Positions 8,180 through 17,033 of a DNA stretch of 31,489 bases are shown here, piece after piece. The stretch spans positions 1-31,489 of the IMG/VR virus record IMGVR_UViG_3300029258_002129; one strand, given 5' to 3'. How positions within the stretch are numbered: position 1 is the stretch's first letter; every line of letters begins with the position of its first letter. The notes beneath the pieces were generated by a model. The model was given only the letters and a program-made list of their open reading frames with translations, searched no databases and had not been told where the DNA came from. The translations under genes were made by a program, and so were the position numbers. The DNA is from a virus (taxonomy: Duplodnaviria > Caudoviricetes).

Positions 8180-9304
8180 ATGCACAAGTACGTGAACAGC
8201 GTGGAGGATATCAGGCTGAAGCACGACAGCCCGCCGGCGGGATCGCCCCTGGCCGGCCGGTCGCTGGCGGTCAGTTGCCACATGGAGCGGTGGCTGGTAG
8301 CGGAGCGGCTGCTGCCGCTGTTTGCGAGCTTCGGCCACATTTGGGTTGTCAACGAGCATCGGTACACCGACCGGCGGCTAGCGGATGCGTTCCACGAGCG
8401 GGAGATCGACACGTTCATCGTGGGTGAGTACGCGAGCCACTGGAACATGCGCAGCCGGGTTCTGCGGCAGGCGGGCATCCGCGTGTACCACTACGGCCTT
8501 GGGATCATCAGCCACTACGACACCAGCCGCTTCGACTGGGGCATGTACGACGACGATACGTGGCTGCGCTGGGCAACCAGCCCGGAGCAGCTGCCGTCCG
8601 AGCCCGCGGTCGACACCGGCGAGCAGGTGGAGCGGGTGCTGATCATCGGCCAGGTGCCGGGCGATCAGGCGCTTCAGTACGGCGGCCGCGGCTATACCAT
8701 GGCGCAGCTGGTGCGGGAAGTCCGGATGGTGCTTCCGCGCGCTGAGCTGTGGTACCGGCCGCATCCGCGTACGCTGGAGCGCGTCGGCATTCCGCATAGC
8801 CTGCCGGATAGCTACCTGCTCGATCCCGATGACAAGATCCCGGTGCTTGTACCGGATCGCTTCACCGACGCCGAGACCATGGCGGCGATTCGGGCCCGGT
8901 ACCCGCGGGCGCAACTGACAGCCGGCGGCTCGCTCGGCGACAGCCTCGCGCAGGTCGACGCCGCGGCGATGGTCAATAGCACGGCCTGCTACGAGTGCGT
9001 ACAGGCAGGCGTCACGGCCTACATCGCGGGCGTGCCGCTGATTGATCTGCATCAGGGCGGCATGGCACTGCTGGGCAACATCACGCAGGGCCGGCATCTG
9101 CCCAGCACCGACTACAGAGACAAGCTGCGGGCGCAGCTGCTCAGCATGCAGTCACAGCCAGGGCAGGTATACGGCGCCCATGAGTTCATCGCCCACGAGC
9201 AGGCGATGCAGACGGCGCGGAATTGCCACGGGCTGAAGTGGGCCAGTCGAGATGAGGATGCCAATCTGATGTTGACGCCTGAGCTACAGGGGGTGGTGCT
9301 GTAA
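8180..9304 (+). CDS. KpsC/KpsS-like (Capsule_synth, GT107-like) glycosyltransferase
   Basis: VLIIGQVPGDQAL, LWYRPHP and AMVNSTACYECVQAGV match the Q-x2-D, R/K-x-HP and NS-x-G/A-x-EA motifs of this family. Paralogous to the N-terminus of 27054..28646. Confidence 0.75.
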   Translation: MHKYVNSVEDIRLKHDSPPAGSPLAGRSLAVSCHMERWLVAERLLPLFASFGHIWVVNEHRYTDRRLADAFHEREIDTFIVGEYASHWNMRSRVLRQAGIRVYHYGLGIISHYDTSRFDWGMYDDDTWLRWATSPEQLPSEPAVDTGEQVERVLIIGQVPGDQALQYGGRGYTMAQLVREVRMVLPRAELWYRPHPRTLERVGIPHSLPDSYLLDPDDKIPVLVPDRFTDAETMAAIRARYPRAQLTAGGSLGDSLAQVDAAAMVNSTACYECVQAGVTAYIAGVPLIDLHQGGMALLGNITQGRHLPSTDYRDKLRAQLLSMQSQPGQVYGAHEFIAHEQAMQTARNCHGLKWASRDEDANLMLTPELQGVVL

Positions 9305-9957
9305 TGGCGCTGGCCAGGCTCGAGCTGCTCAAGTCCAAGAACTATCTGAAGATGACCGATGGCACGCTGGATAGTGAGCTGAAGGCGCTGCTGCTGGAGG
9401 CTACCGCCAGGGTCGAGCAGGAGACCGGCCGCGTACTGGAGTCCACTACCCACACCGACGAGCGGCACACCGGGCGCGACACGAACGAGCTGTACCCCCA
9501 TCAGTGGCCGGTCACTGCGCTGGGGAGCGTGTACATCTGGAATACCACCAGCGAGACATTCGTATCGGAGAGCACTGCGTACTTCGACGTGATCACCCCG
9601 CCGGGCGACCGGTCGTACATCTACTACCCCAAGCTGGGCCAGGATGACAACAGCGAGTACACCGAGTACCCGACCACGCCGAACGGCATCAAGATCACGT
9701 ATACGGCGGGCTACGTGACTACGGCATGGGCTACGGCGGAGATCACGGCGAGCTTCGACGTGCCGGCCGACTTGGAGCGGGCAACAGCGATGCTGGCCAT
9801 GTTGGCCTGGCTCGAGGGCAAGGGCGCCGGGCAGGCGCGGATGGGCATGAAGCGCACAGTGATCGGCGAGCAGCAGATCATCGTGGACCGCCCGGCGAGC
9901 GGCCTTGTCGCGGAAGTAGAGGCCATTCTGAGCTGCTACAGGAGGGCATCGCTGTAA
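9304..9957 (+). CDS. Head-tail adaptor (gp6/gp15-like connector)
   Basis: N-terminal KNYLKM...D...L..LL..AT..VE..TGR, plus WPVTAL, IKITYTAGY and VPADLERA; C-terminal ILSCYRR. Confidence 0.85.
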   Translation: MALARLELLKSKNYLKMTDGTLDSELKALLLEATARVEQETGRVLESTTHTDERHTGRDTNELYPHQWPVTALGSVYIWNTTSETFVSESTAYFDVITPPGDRSYIYYPKLGQDDNSEYTEYPTTPNGIKITYTAGYVTTAWATAEITASFDVPADLERATAMLAMLAWLEGKGAGQARMGMKRTVIGEQQIIVDRPASGLVAEVEAILSCYRRASL

Positions 9958-10346
9958 TGGCGCGAGGACAGCGAGAGCAGGTGCGGGTCGACAAGCTCAA
10001 CGTCCGCTTGAGCGACTTGATCAGCGGCGTGGCCAAGAGCCATGCCGCGGTTGTGGCCGGCATGAGCCAGGAGCTGCCGGTGAGGTTCGAGCGTGCGGCC
10101 AAGACGAACTACGACAAGGTGCTGGGCCGAATCAGCGGCAATCTGTACCGCAGCATCGAGGGCTTTGCGCGCCGCAAAGGTGGCGACCTATGGGAGATCG
10201 GGCTGCGCGACAAGATGGCCTATGCCCGCTTCCTGGAGTACGGCACGAAGCGCATCAAGCCTCGGCGGTTCCTGGGCAACCCCATGCGCAGCATCGCCCG
10301 CGGCTGGATACGGCGGGTGATCAAGAGGGTTAGCTTCGATGGCTGA
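9957..10346 (+). CDS. HK97 gp10-like neck/tail-completion protein
   Basis: ATG9957 overlaps the upstream TAA; SGNLYRSI and YARFLEYGTKRIKPRRFL. Confidence 0.85.
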   Translation: MARGQREQVRVDKLNVRLSDLISGVAKSHAAVVAGMSQELPVRFERAAKTNYDKVLGRISGNLYRSIEGFARRKGGDLWEIGLRDKMAYARFLEYGTKRIKPRRFLGNPMRSIARGWIRRVIKRVSFDG

Positions 10347-10770
10347 TCAGACCAGAGACGCGGCGATCACGGCGCTGGAGACGGCGCTGGGGAGTGTGAC
10401 CGGCGTTAAGACGGTCAGTTCCGAGCTGATCACCTTTGACGCGATCAGTGAGACCGAGATGCCCTATGTGCTGATCGAGGAGTTGGAGGAGGCTGAGATC
10501 AATCGGGATGCCACCAGCAAGCGTGAGATTTCACTGCACGTTGCGGTGCACCTGGTGTACGACGACAAGGAGAGCGGCACCGGCGGCGGTCGCGACATGG
10601 CAGACAGCATGGTCAAGGTGGTCGAGGCCGCGGCTGCGAATCTGCTGGGCGGCACCGTGATGAACATCTCGGCGGAGCCGGGCCTGCCGCCGATTCAATG
10701 GCCGCCGGCCAATATCAGGAAAGTCCGTTCGCGCCGGCTGCTGCTGGTGATCCAGCAGGACTTTGGATAG
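10339..10770 (+). CDS. Putative tail terminator protein
   Basis: Size, position between gp10-like gene and tube, and the MPYVLI strand pattern. Confidence 0.65.
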   Translation: MADQTRDAAITALETALGSVTGVKTVSSELITFDAISETEMPYVLIEELEEAEINRDATSKREISLHVAVHLVYDDKESGTGGGRDMADSMVKVVEAAAANLLGGTVMNISAEPGLPPIQWPPANIRKVRSRRLLLVIQQDFG

Positions 10771-10779
10771 GAGGAGCAG

Positions 10780-11118
10780 ATGGAACCTGAAGCGAAAAGA
10801 CGGCAGACGAGGCTGGACCCGGCCGCGGCTCAGCGTAAGACGCGGGCGCATGGACCGGAGGCAGCCGCGGAGCCGCAGTCCGCCGAGCAGGCTGTCAAAC
10901 CGGCGGAGCCGGTAGCGGAGCCTGCGGCGGAGCAGCCCAAGCCTCAGCCGCGCCGGAGCCGCCGGCCGAAGATCACCAGGGGTGATGTCGGCACCATCCC
11001 CCGCGGCTACACCGAGGACGAAGCGAGAGAGTGGATTCACAGCCACAGCCTTGCGCAGTGGAAGGCCATGGGCCAGCCGAAGCGTAAAGCTGCATTGGAG
11101 GAACTGAGACATGGGTAA
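10780..11118 (+). CDS. Hypothetical Pro/Ala/Glu-rich protein
   Basis: Strong GAGGAG RBS; fills the gap between terminator and tube; low-complexity N-terminal half. Confidence 0.65.
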   Translation: MEPEAKRRQTRLDPAAAQRKTRAHGPEAAAEPQSAEQAVKPAEPVAEPAAEQPKPQPRRSRRPKITRGDVGTIPRGYTEDEAREWIHSHSLAQWKAMGQPKRKAALEELRHG

Positions 11119-12010
11119 CCTGATCACAGCGCTGGACATCGTTGAGGTCGGCGGTGTCAGGATCGTCGTTGAGAACGCCGACTTCAAGGAGCGAGCCTCG
11201 TTTGACGAGCCAAACGCGCAGACGCCGGAGCAGCATCGCGATATTGCTCTGCCAGGCGCGCTGTACAGCGTGGGCAGCTTCACGACTCGCGTCAGCGGCT
11301 CCGGTGCGGCCGGTACAGCGCCGTTCGACGGCCCGCTGATCAAAGCCGCGGGCATGACGGAGACCATCAACGCCGGGACATCGGTCGTGTATACGCGCGA
11401 TCCGACGATGGCTGGCACCAAGGTGGACATCGACTACTGGCGCGGCAATGCCTTGCTGGTAGCGCTGGCTAACTGCGTGGTACGGCCTGAGTGGGTGATC
11501 GAGCCGAACAAGGCGATGCGCTGCAACTGGCAGGTGCACGGCACGTACACCGAGCCCAGCAGCGGCAGCTCTACAGGTGTGCTGACGACGGCGGCGGCGC
11601 GGGCGCCGGTCTGCAAGGGCCTGGCAATCACCATCGGCGGCATCACGATCAAGCTGAAGCGGCTGGTCATCACCATCCCGAATCAGTGGGAGGAGCCTGA
11701 CGAGGACGCCTGCGGCTCGCACGGGATTATCAACCCGTCGATCTATGAGCGCGCATTCCACGTTGACGCGACGATCCGCGCCCAGCTGCCGGCGACGTCC
11801 AACTGGTGGAACAACCTGACGGGCAAGACCAAGATGGCGCTGTCGGCGGTGCTGGGAAGCGACGCAGGCAACATTCTGACAGTCACGGCTGATCTGTACT
11901 TCCGCGAGCAGATCGATCCCAGCCAGGCCGCCGGGCGCCATGAGATCACCCTGCCGCTGGCGGTCAGCTATGCCGCGGGCGACACCGGGCTGACGTTGAC
12001 GTACACCTAG
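11111..12010 (+). CDS. Major tail tube protein
   Basis: 299 aa beta-rich protein with GSGAAGTAP..GPLIKAAG..ET and GSDAGNI; lies immediately before the chaperone and TMP genes. Confidence 0.8.
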   Translation: MGNLITALDIVEVGGVRIVVENADFKERASFDEPNAQTPEQHRDIALPGALYSVGSFTTRVSGSGAAGTAPFDGPLIKAAGMTETINAGTSVVYTRDPTMAGTKVDIDYWRGNALLVALANCVVRPEWVIEPNKAMRCNWQVHGTYTEPSSGSSTGVLTTAAARAPVCKGLAITIGGITIKLKRLVITIPNQWEEPDEDACGSHGIINPSIYERAFHVDATIRAQLPATSNWWNNLTGKTKMALSAVLGSDAGNILTVTADLYFREQIDPSQAAGRHEITLPLAVSYAAGDTGLTLTYT

Positions 12011-12051
12011 GCCGCGAGCCTGGGTCAGTAGTGTTGTAGGAGGCTGGCAAG

Positions 12052-12849
12052 ATGCAAGCCAAGGCTTTACCCCCCAAAGTAACCGGCGGTTGGATTACCG
12101 CACGATGCGATGTGCCTGAGCATCTGCTGGAGCAGGCCAAGCAGAGCTTCAGCGGATTCTACGGAACCTTCTGCGCGGCCCTGGAGAGCCTGCCGGAAGT
12201 CGATGCAGCGCTGCGGGAGGCCGCGGCCGATCTGAAGCTCGACATCGAGCACGGCCCGGAGGAGTTCTACCATACGCTCCGCTACGACCCGATCGTGGAC
12301 TTCGAGCGGAAGCGCAACTGGCACACGGCGCTGATCAATCTGCTGTCGCTGCTGGAGCTCGAGCAGCTTGAGTCGCTGGGCCGCGTGTTCGACTGGGAGC
12401 CGAGCGTTCGGTTCAAGATTCGGGAGCTGCACGACCGGCATGCGGAGTACGCGGCGGGTCTGAATATCAGCGGCGACACCGTGAACGTTCGGACGGCGGC
12501 GCGTAGCTGGGCGCGCGTGGCATTGACTCACATTGAGGGCCTGACTGATCCGGAGACCGGCAAGGACTATGAACTGAGCTTCCAGAAGGTCACCATCGAC
12601 GGCAAGAAGGTGCGGGTCGTTACCACTGCCTGCGCCGACCGGCTGCCGCAGCTGCTGCTGCTGGAGGTCATGCAGGCGTGCCGCGATGCAACCGGCCTGA
12701 GCGAGGAGGAGGTGGAGGACGTGGTTTTTCCCTCAGGCTCAGCCTCAGCCTCCAGTGTCCCAGGGAGTGCTCAGGCCAAGGACAAGATGAGCGAGACTGT
12801 CCCCACCACTGCCTCCAGGGACTCCTCAAGATCGGAGAGCGACGCGTAG
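12052..12849 (+). CDS. Tail assembly chaperone (gpG-like)
   Basis: AGGAGG RBS; between tube and TMP; GLSEEEVEDVVF followed by a Ser-rich low-complexity tail. Confidence 0.75.
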   Translation: MQAKALPPKVTGGWITARCDVPEHLLEQAKQSFSGFYGTFCAALESLPEVDAALREAAADLKLDIEHGPEEFYHTLRYDPIVDFERKRNWHTALINLLSLLELEQLESLGRVFDWEPSVRFKIRELHDRHAEYAAGLNISGDTVNVRTAARSWARVALTHIEGLTDPETGKDYELSFQKVTIDGKKVRVVTTACADRLPQLLLLEVMQACRDATGLSEEEVEDVVFPSGSASASSVPGSAQAKDKMSETVPTTASRDSSRSESDA

Positions 12850-13094
12850 GAGACGCCATTGAGGACATCATTGCCACAGGCTGCCCGTTCCGCGACGTCA
12901 GCGAGTTCGCCGTGCGCGTGCAGCGGCTTTACGGCTACTACAGCACGGGTCATCTGCTGCGAGCGGGCGGTCTTGTTGATCAGCCCCTGTGGTATCTGGC
13001 CGCGATGCGGCTGGCGGATTCAGTAGTGAAGGAGCATCAGCGCGAGGAGCAGGAGGCCGCGCGCCGTGACATGGAGAGCAAGCTTAGACGGTAA
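12729..13094 (+). CDS. gpT-like extension, probably reached by -1 frameshift to give a gpGT fusion of about 347 aa
   Basis: Open -1 frame from GGTTTTTC (12723-12730) to the TAA overlapping the TMP ATG; contains the gpT-type motif GHLLRAGGLVDQPLWY. Confidence 0.75.
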   Translation, partial: SLRLSLSLQCPRECSGQGQDERDCPHHCLQGLLKIGERRVGDAIEDIIATGCPFRDVSEFAVRVQRLYGYYSTGHLLRAGGLVDQPLWYLAAMRLADSVVKEHQREEQEAARRDMESKLRR

Positions 13095-16000
13095 TGGGTA
13101 GCGATACCGAACAGAAGATTCTGGAGGTCGTGCTGGAGCTGAACGACAAGTTCAGCGGCGGTCTGGCCAATACCAACAGGCAGATCGGCGGCCTCGCCGG
13201 CAACCTCCAGAAGACCGGCCGGGCGATGAAGGCCGTGGGTACCAGCATGAGCCGGTACGTGACGGTGCCGATCCTGGCTGCCGGCGGAGCGATTATCAAG
13301 CTGGGCCTGGACTTTGACAAGTCGATGCGCCGCGTCAAGGCGCTCAGCGGTGCCACCGGCGAGCAGTTTGAACAGCTGAGGCAGCAGGCAAAGGACCTCG
13401 GCGCGACGACGGTATTCACGGCCAATCAGGCCGCGGAAGCGCAGGGCTTCCTGGCGATGGCCGGCTTCAAGACGAACGAAATCCTGGGCGCCATGCCCGG
13501 CACGCTTGCCATGGCTGCCGCGGGACAGGTCGATCTGGCACGCGCAGCCGACATCGCGAGCAATATCCTCACCGGCTTCAATTTGGAAGTAAAGGACATG
13601 GGCCGCGTGTCGGATGTGCTGACCAACACCTTCACTAGTGCGAATGTCGATCTGGAGATGCTCGGCGAAACAATGAAGTACATAGCACCTGTTGCTGCGG
13701 GTGCCGGTATGCAGTTCGAGGAAATTGCGGCCGCAGTAGGTCTGATGGGTAACGCCGGTATTCAGGCTAGCCAGGCCGGTACTTCATTGCGCATGGGCAT
13801 CCTGTCGCTCATTGATCCGGGAGATAAAGCAGCGGCCATCATGAAGGAGCTGAAGCTCCAGGTAATGGATTCCGAAGGCGCCATGCTGCCTCTGGTCGAC
13901 ATCATTCGCCAACTGGAAATCGGCTTGGGGGAAATGGGCGAGGCTCAGCAGATGGCCACTCTGAAGACCTTGGTTGGTCAACGCGCCGCGTCGGGGTTTG
14001 CCGGCTTGATCTCACAGGGCAGCGAGGCGCTGAACGAGTTGACACAGTCCAACTTAAACGCCGCGGGCAAAGCGCAAGAGATCGCCGAGGAGATGATGAC
14101 GCCGTGGGAGCGGTTCAAGTCCGCGGTGCAGGGCGCGGGGCTGGCGATCTCCGAGTCCGGCCTGCTGGACGATTTCACCAGGATCATCACGAAGCTCACC
14201 GACTATCTCCGGAAGATAGCGCAGGCCAGCCCCGCAACCCTGCGGTTTGCCACTGGGCTCGCAACAGTAGCGGCCATCGCGGGGCCGGCGCTGATGGTCA
14301 TCGGGCAGATGAGCATCGGAATCGCGGCACTGTCACGCGGCATGGTTGGCTTTACCGCGGGCATCAACGCGTTTCTGGCCGGTCCTGGTTGGGGCTTCAA
14401 TGTCTGGCTGGCGAAGGCGACGGGGACTGCGGCCGGTGGCGCGGGAGCGCTCGGCCTACTCGCCGCTCTTACAGCGCTGGCGGCAACTGTCTGGACCATC
14501 AACATCAAGTATGCGATCGAGAACTGGGACCCATCGGCAAGAGCCGCTGAGGACTTCCAGCGAATGCTGCGAGAGCGGGTGGGACCGGAAGGCGAGACGG
14601 CCTGGGATATGGCTACCGACTTCCAGAAGGGCGAGGCTGCATTGGAGTACGCGATGCAGGACGCGGCTCCCCGGCTCAAGACGAACTTTGCATCGCTCTG
14701 GGAGGGGCTGAAACTCGTCTATGACCAGAGCTGGTTCCATACCACTGCCGACAAGGATATCCAGGCTGCGCTCGATGCGATTGCCCAGCTGTTCAGCAGT
14801 GGCACGGGACCTATCGCTGCTGAGTGGGACGCGTTCTGGCAGGGCTGTAAAGAGATCTACGACACGAGCTGGTTCCATACCGTCGCCGATGTCTGGATTC
14901 AGGAGAAGCTGGATGCCATTGCGGCGTTCTTCACCAATGCCAAGACGACCATTCCGCAGTTGTGGAATGACATGTGGACTGCTCTGAGGGATACAGCCAC
15001 AAGCTGGGGCCAGCAGATTGTCGACAAGGTGACGTGGTTCAAGGAGAAGGTACAAGGCGTCTTTACGTGGCTGAAGGATGTGGTAGTCGGTCACTCGATC
15101 TGGCCGGACATGTGGGGCAAGATGCTCAATGTCACGGTTGCCTATGCAGCTGACATCGAGTCTGAAGTATCCACGATGAGCGGCAACATCCTGGACGAGA
15201 TTCGTACGCTGGAGGACACGTCGGTCGCCAGCTTCGAGCATATGGGCTGGGCGATGGCGGATGCATTCCAGCGGGCCGGCCAGCAGGTGGCGGCAACGCT
15301 GGCCGGAATCGCACAGCAGGTCGCGGGAGTGGCGACCACGCTGCGCCAGCAGCTGAGCGATGCGATTGCGGGCGCGGTTGAAGCCGCCAATCAGGCGATG
15401 ATCGCGGGCGGTACCGGCTGGGAGACCGCGGCCGCGGGGCTCGATACCGAGGAGGGTATCCTGCGCGGCGACAACGGCGAAATCCTGATGCAGGGCGGGC
15501 AGTACACGATGGCCGGTCTCGAGGCGTTGAAGGCTGCGGGCGTCGACATCAGCGAGATGCTGTCGATGATCAACACCTACGAGCCGCAGTATCAGAATCC
15601 GCTGGCTACGTACAGCCGGTCAGGTCTGGAGAACCTTGGTCTGCTGGGCGGTTGCGGGCCCGGCGGTTGAGGCGTGCCGTCCCCTCAGGATGAGGGGCTA
15701 TTCGGTACGGATCAGCAGGGACAGCAGCAGGTTGCCCAGGACACGGCGCGCGGAATGCGGCAGCAGGGCTCGATGCTGGGCGGCATCCTGACGGAGAGCC
15801 TGGGGCGCAGCATCGGCGAGGCGTTCCGCACCCACGACTGGTCAGGCGTCGCCGACGAGCTGGCTAACACGATGAGCCAGCTGTTCAGCCAGGTGTTCAG
15901 CGGGATGGGGCCGTTCGGCGGCTTCGTCGGCGGGATATTCGGCGGCTTGTTCGGTGGCGTGCTCGGCGGCCTGTTCGGTGGCGGCGGTAGCAGCAGCCGG

Positions 16001-16177
16001 CGCGGCGAGTCCATGAGCAACCCGATGTACACCTATGATGTGCGGGCCGAGTCGCTGCTGACCGAGCTGCTCAATGCCACCAAGCTCCAGCGCCTACAGA
16101 TGGCCGCGGCGGGCGGCGCTGACGCCGGTGACCTGCAAAGCGACATCTACCTGATGGGCGGTGACGATCTTGGCTAG
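13094..16177 (+). CDS. Tape measure protein (TP901-type core): 858 aa to the UGA at 15668, or 1027 aa with in-frame UGA readthrough (putative Sec859)
   Basis: FDKSMRRVKALSGAT, LGATTVFTANQAAEA, LAMAGF, LGETMKYIAPVA, GIQASQAGTSLR; Trp-spaced repeats and VVGHSIWPD. ORF 15674..16177 is in the same frame and looks like a TMP C-terminus. Confidence 0.9.
14692..14980 (+). repeat. Two-copy 46-aa (138-nt) internal repeat in the tape measure gene (boundaries approximate)
   Basis: GAGCTGGTTCCATACC occurs at 14728 and 14866. Protein: YDQSWFHTTADKDIQAALDAIA versus YDTSWFHTVADVWIQEKLDAIA. Confidence 0.8.
15668..15709 (+). promoter_or_regulatory. In-frame UGA plus bacterial SECIS-like hairpin
   Basis: TGA 15668-15670; lower stem CGTGCCG/CGGTACG; upper stem CCCCTCA/TGAGGGG; apical loop GGA after a 17-nt spacer from the UGA. 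Confidence 0.65.
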
Positions 16178-17033
16178 CGATGCTGTGAGCAGGACAGTCA
16201 GGATCACGCAGACGGACGGTGCACCCGACTACTGCCGCCGCGACAACGGCGTCGGCTTCGATGACTACGACAGTGACATCGGCGACCTGAGCGGTGCTGG
16301 CAACCCGCTATGGGGCGGCGCGGCACACGTCATGTACTTCGGCGCCGACGCCAAGTTCATGTCCATGGGCCTGCGGCTGGTCAGCGCGCCGAGCATCGGC
16401 GCGATCACCTGGGAGTATAGCGACGGCGCTGCGGGCTGGGTTGCCTTCAACGGCAGCAACCCGTTCCACGATTCGACCAGCGACTTCACCGTCGACGGCT
16501 TCATGGCGTGGCAGGACCCGCCGGGCGCATCGGCCTGGGGTAAGAACACCGTTGACGGCACAGAAGCATACTGGATCAGGGCCAGCATCGGCGGCCATAC
16601 CGGCACCGGCAACTTCCTCAACTTCCTGCGCAACCAGACGCTCCAGGGACCGCTGCGGCTGGCGGCACAGATCCCGGCGGGCAATGTGTTCCGCGACATC
16701 AGCGACGATTTGCAGAGCGCTGATGTTGCCTATACCGGGCCCACCACGCTGACTATCAGCTGCAAGCTCAAGGCGACGATTCACCCGACCACGCTCAAGG
16801 GCGGCCCGAACCTCGCGCTGCTGCATTACTGGTGGCAGAACCGCGCCGCGCTGTTCATCGAGGACCTGGCGCAGTCTACGGCGCCGCCTGATCTCGACTG
16901 CGAGAGCTACTGGAAAGACTACACCGGCAGGCTCAGCAAGGGCGCCGGTGATCACATCGCGCCGTTCAAGATGAGTAGCAGCGGCTATGAGCTGCACTTC
17001 ATGATCTCAGCTGTAACGGCGGTGCTGGAATGA
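16161..17033 (+). CDS. Putative distal tail (Dit) protein with an inserted beta-sandwich domain
   Basis: First gene after the TMP; internal ITWEYSDG...W...DG...W..P...W.K.TVDG..AYWIRA segment. Confidence 0.55.
   Translation: MTILASDAVSRTVRITQTDGAPDYCRRDNGVGFDDYDSDIGDLSGAGNPLWGGAAHVMYFGADAKFMSMGLRLVSAPSIGAITWEYSDGAAGWVAFNGSNPFHDSTSDFTVDGFMAWQDPPGASAWGKNTVDGTEAYWIRASIGGHTGTGNFLNFLRNQTLQGPLRLAAQIPAGNVFRDISDDLQSADVAYTGPTTLTISCKLKATIHPTTLKGGPNLALLHYWWQNRAALFIEDLAQSTAPPDLDCESYWKDYTGRLSKGAGDHIAPFKMSSSGYELHFMISAVTAVLE

Noticed and set aside
15901-15990. Repeated TTCGGCGG units as a CRISPR or DNA repeat
   Set aside because: They encode the Gly-Gly-x-Phe repeats of the TMP C-terminus; there are no spacers.
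15674-16177. Independent 167-aa gene starting at GTG15674
   Set aside because: No properly spaced RBS, the start codon is buried in the hairpin stem, and the ORF is in frame with the TMP and TMP-like. Treated as a readthrough extension, though not proven.
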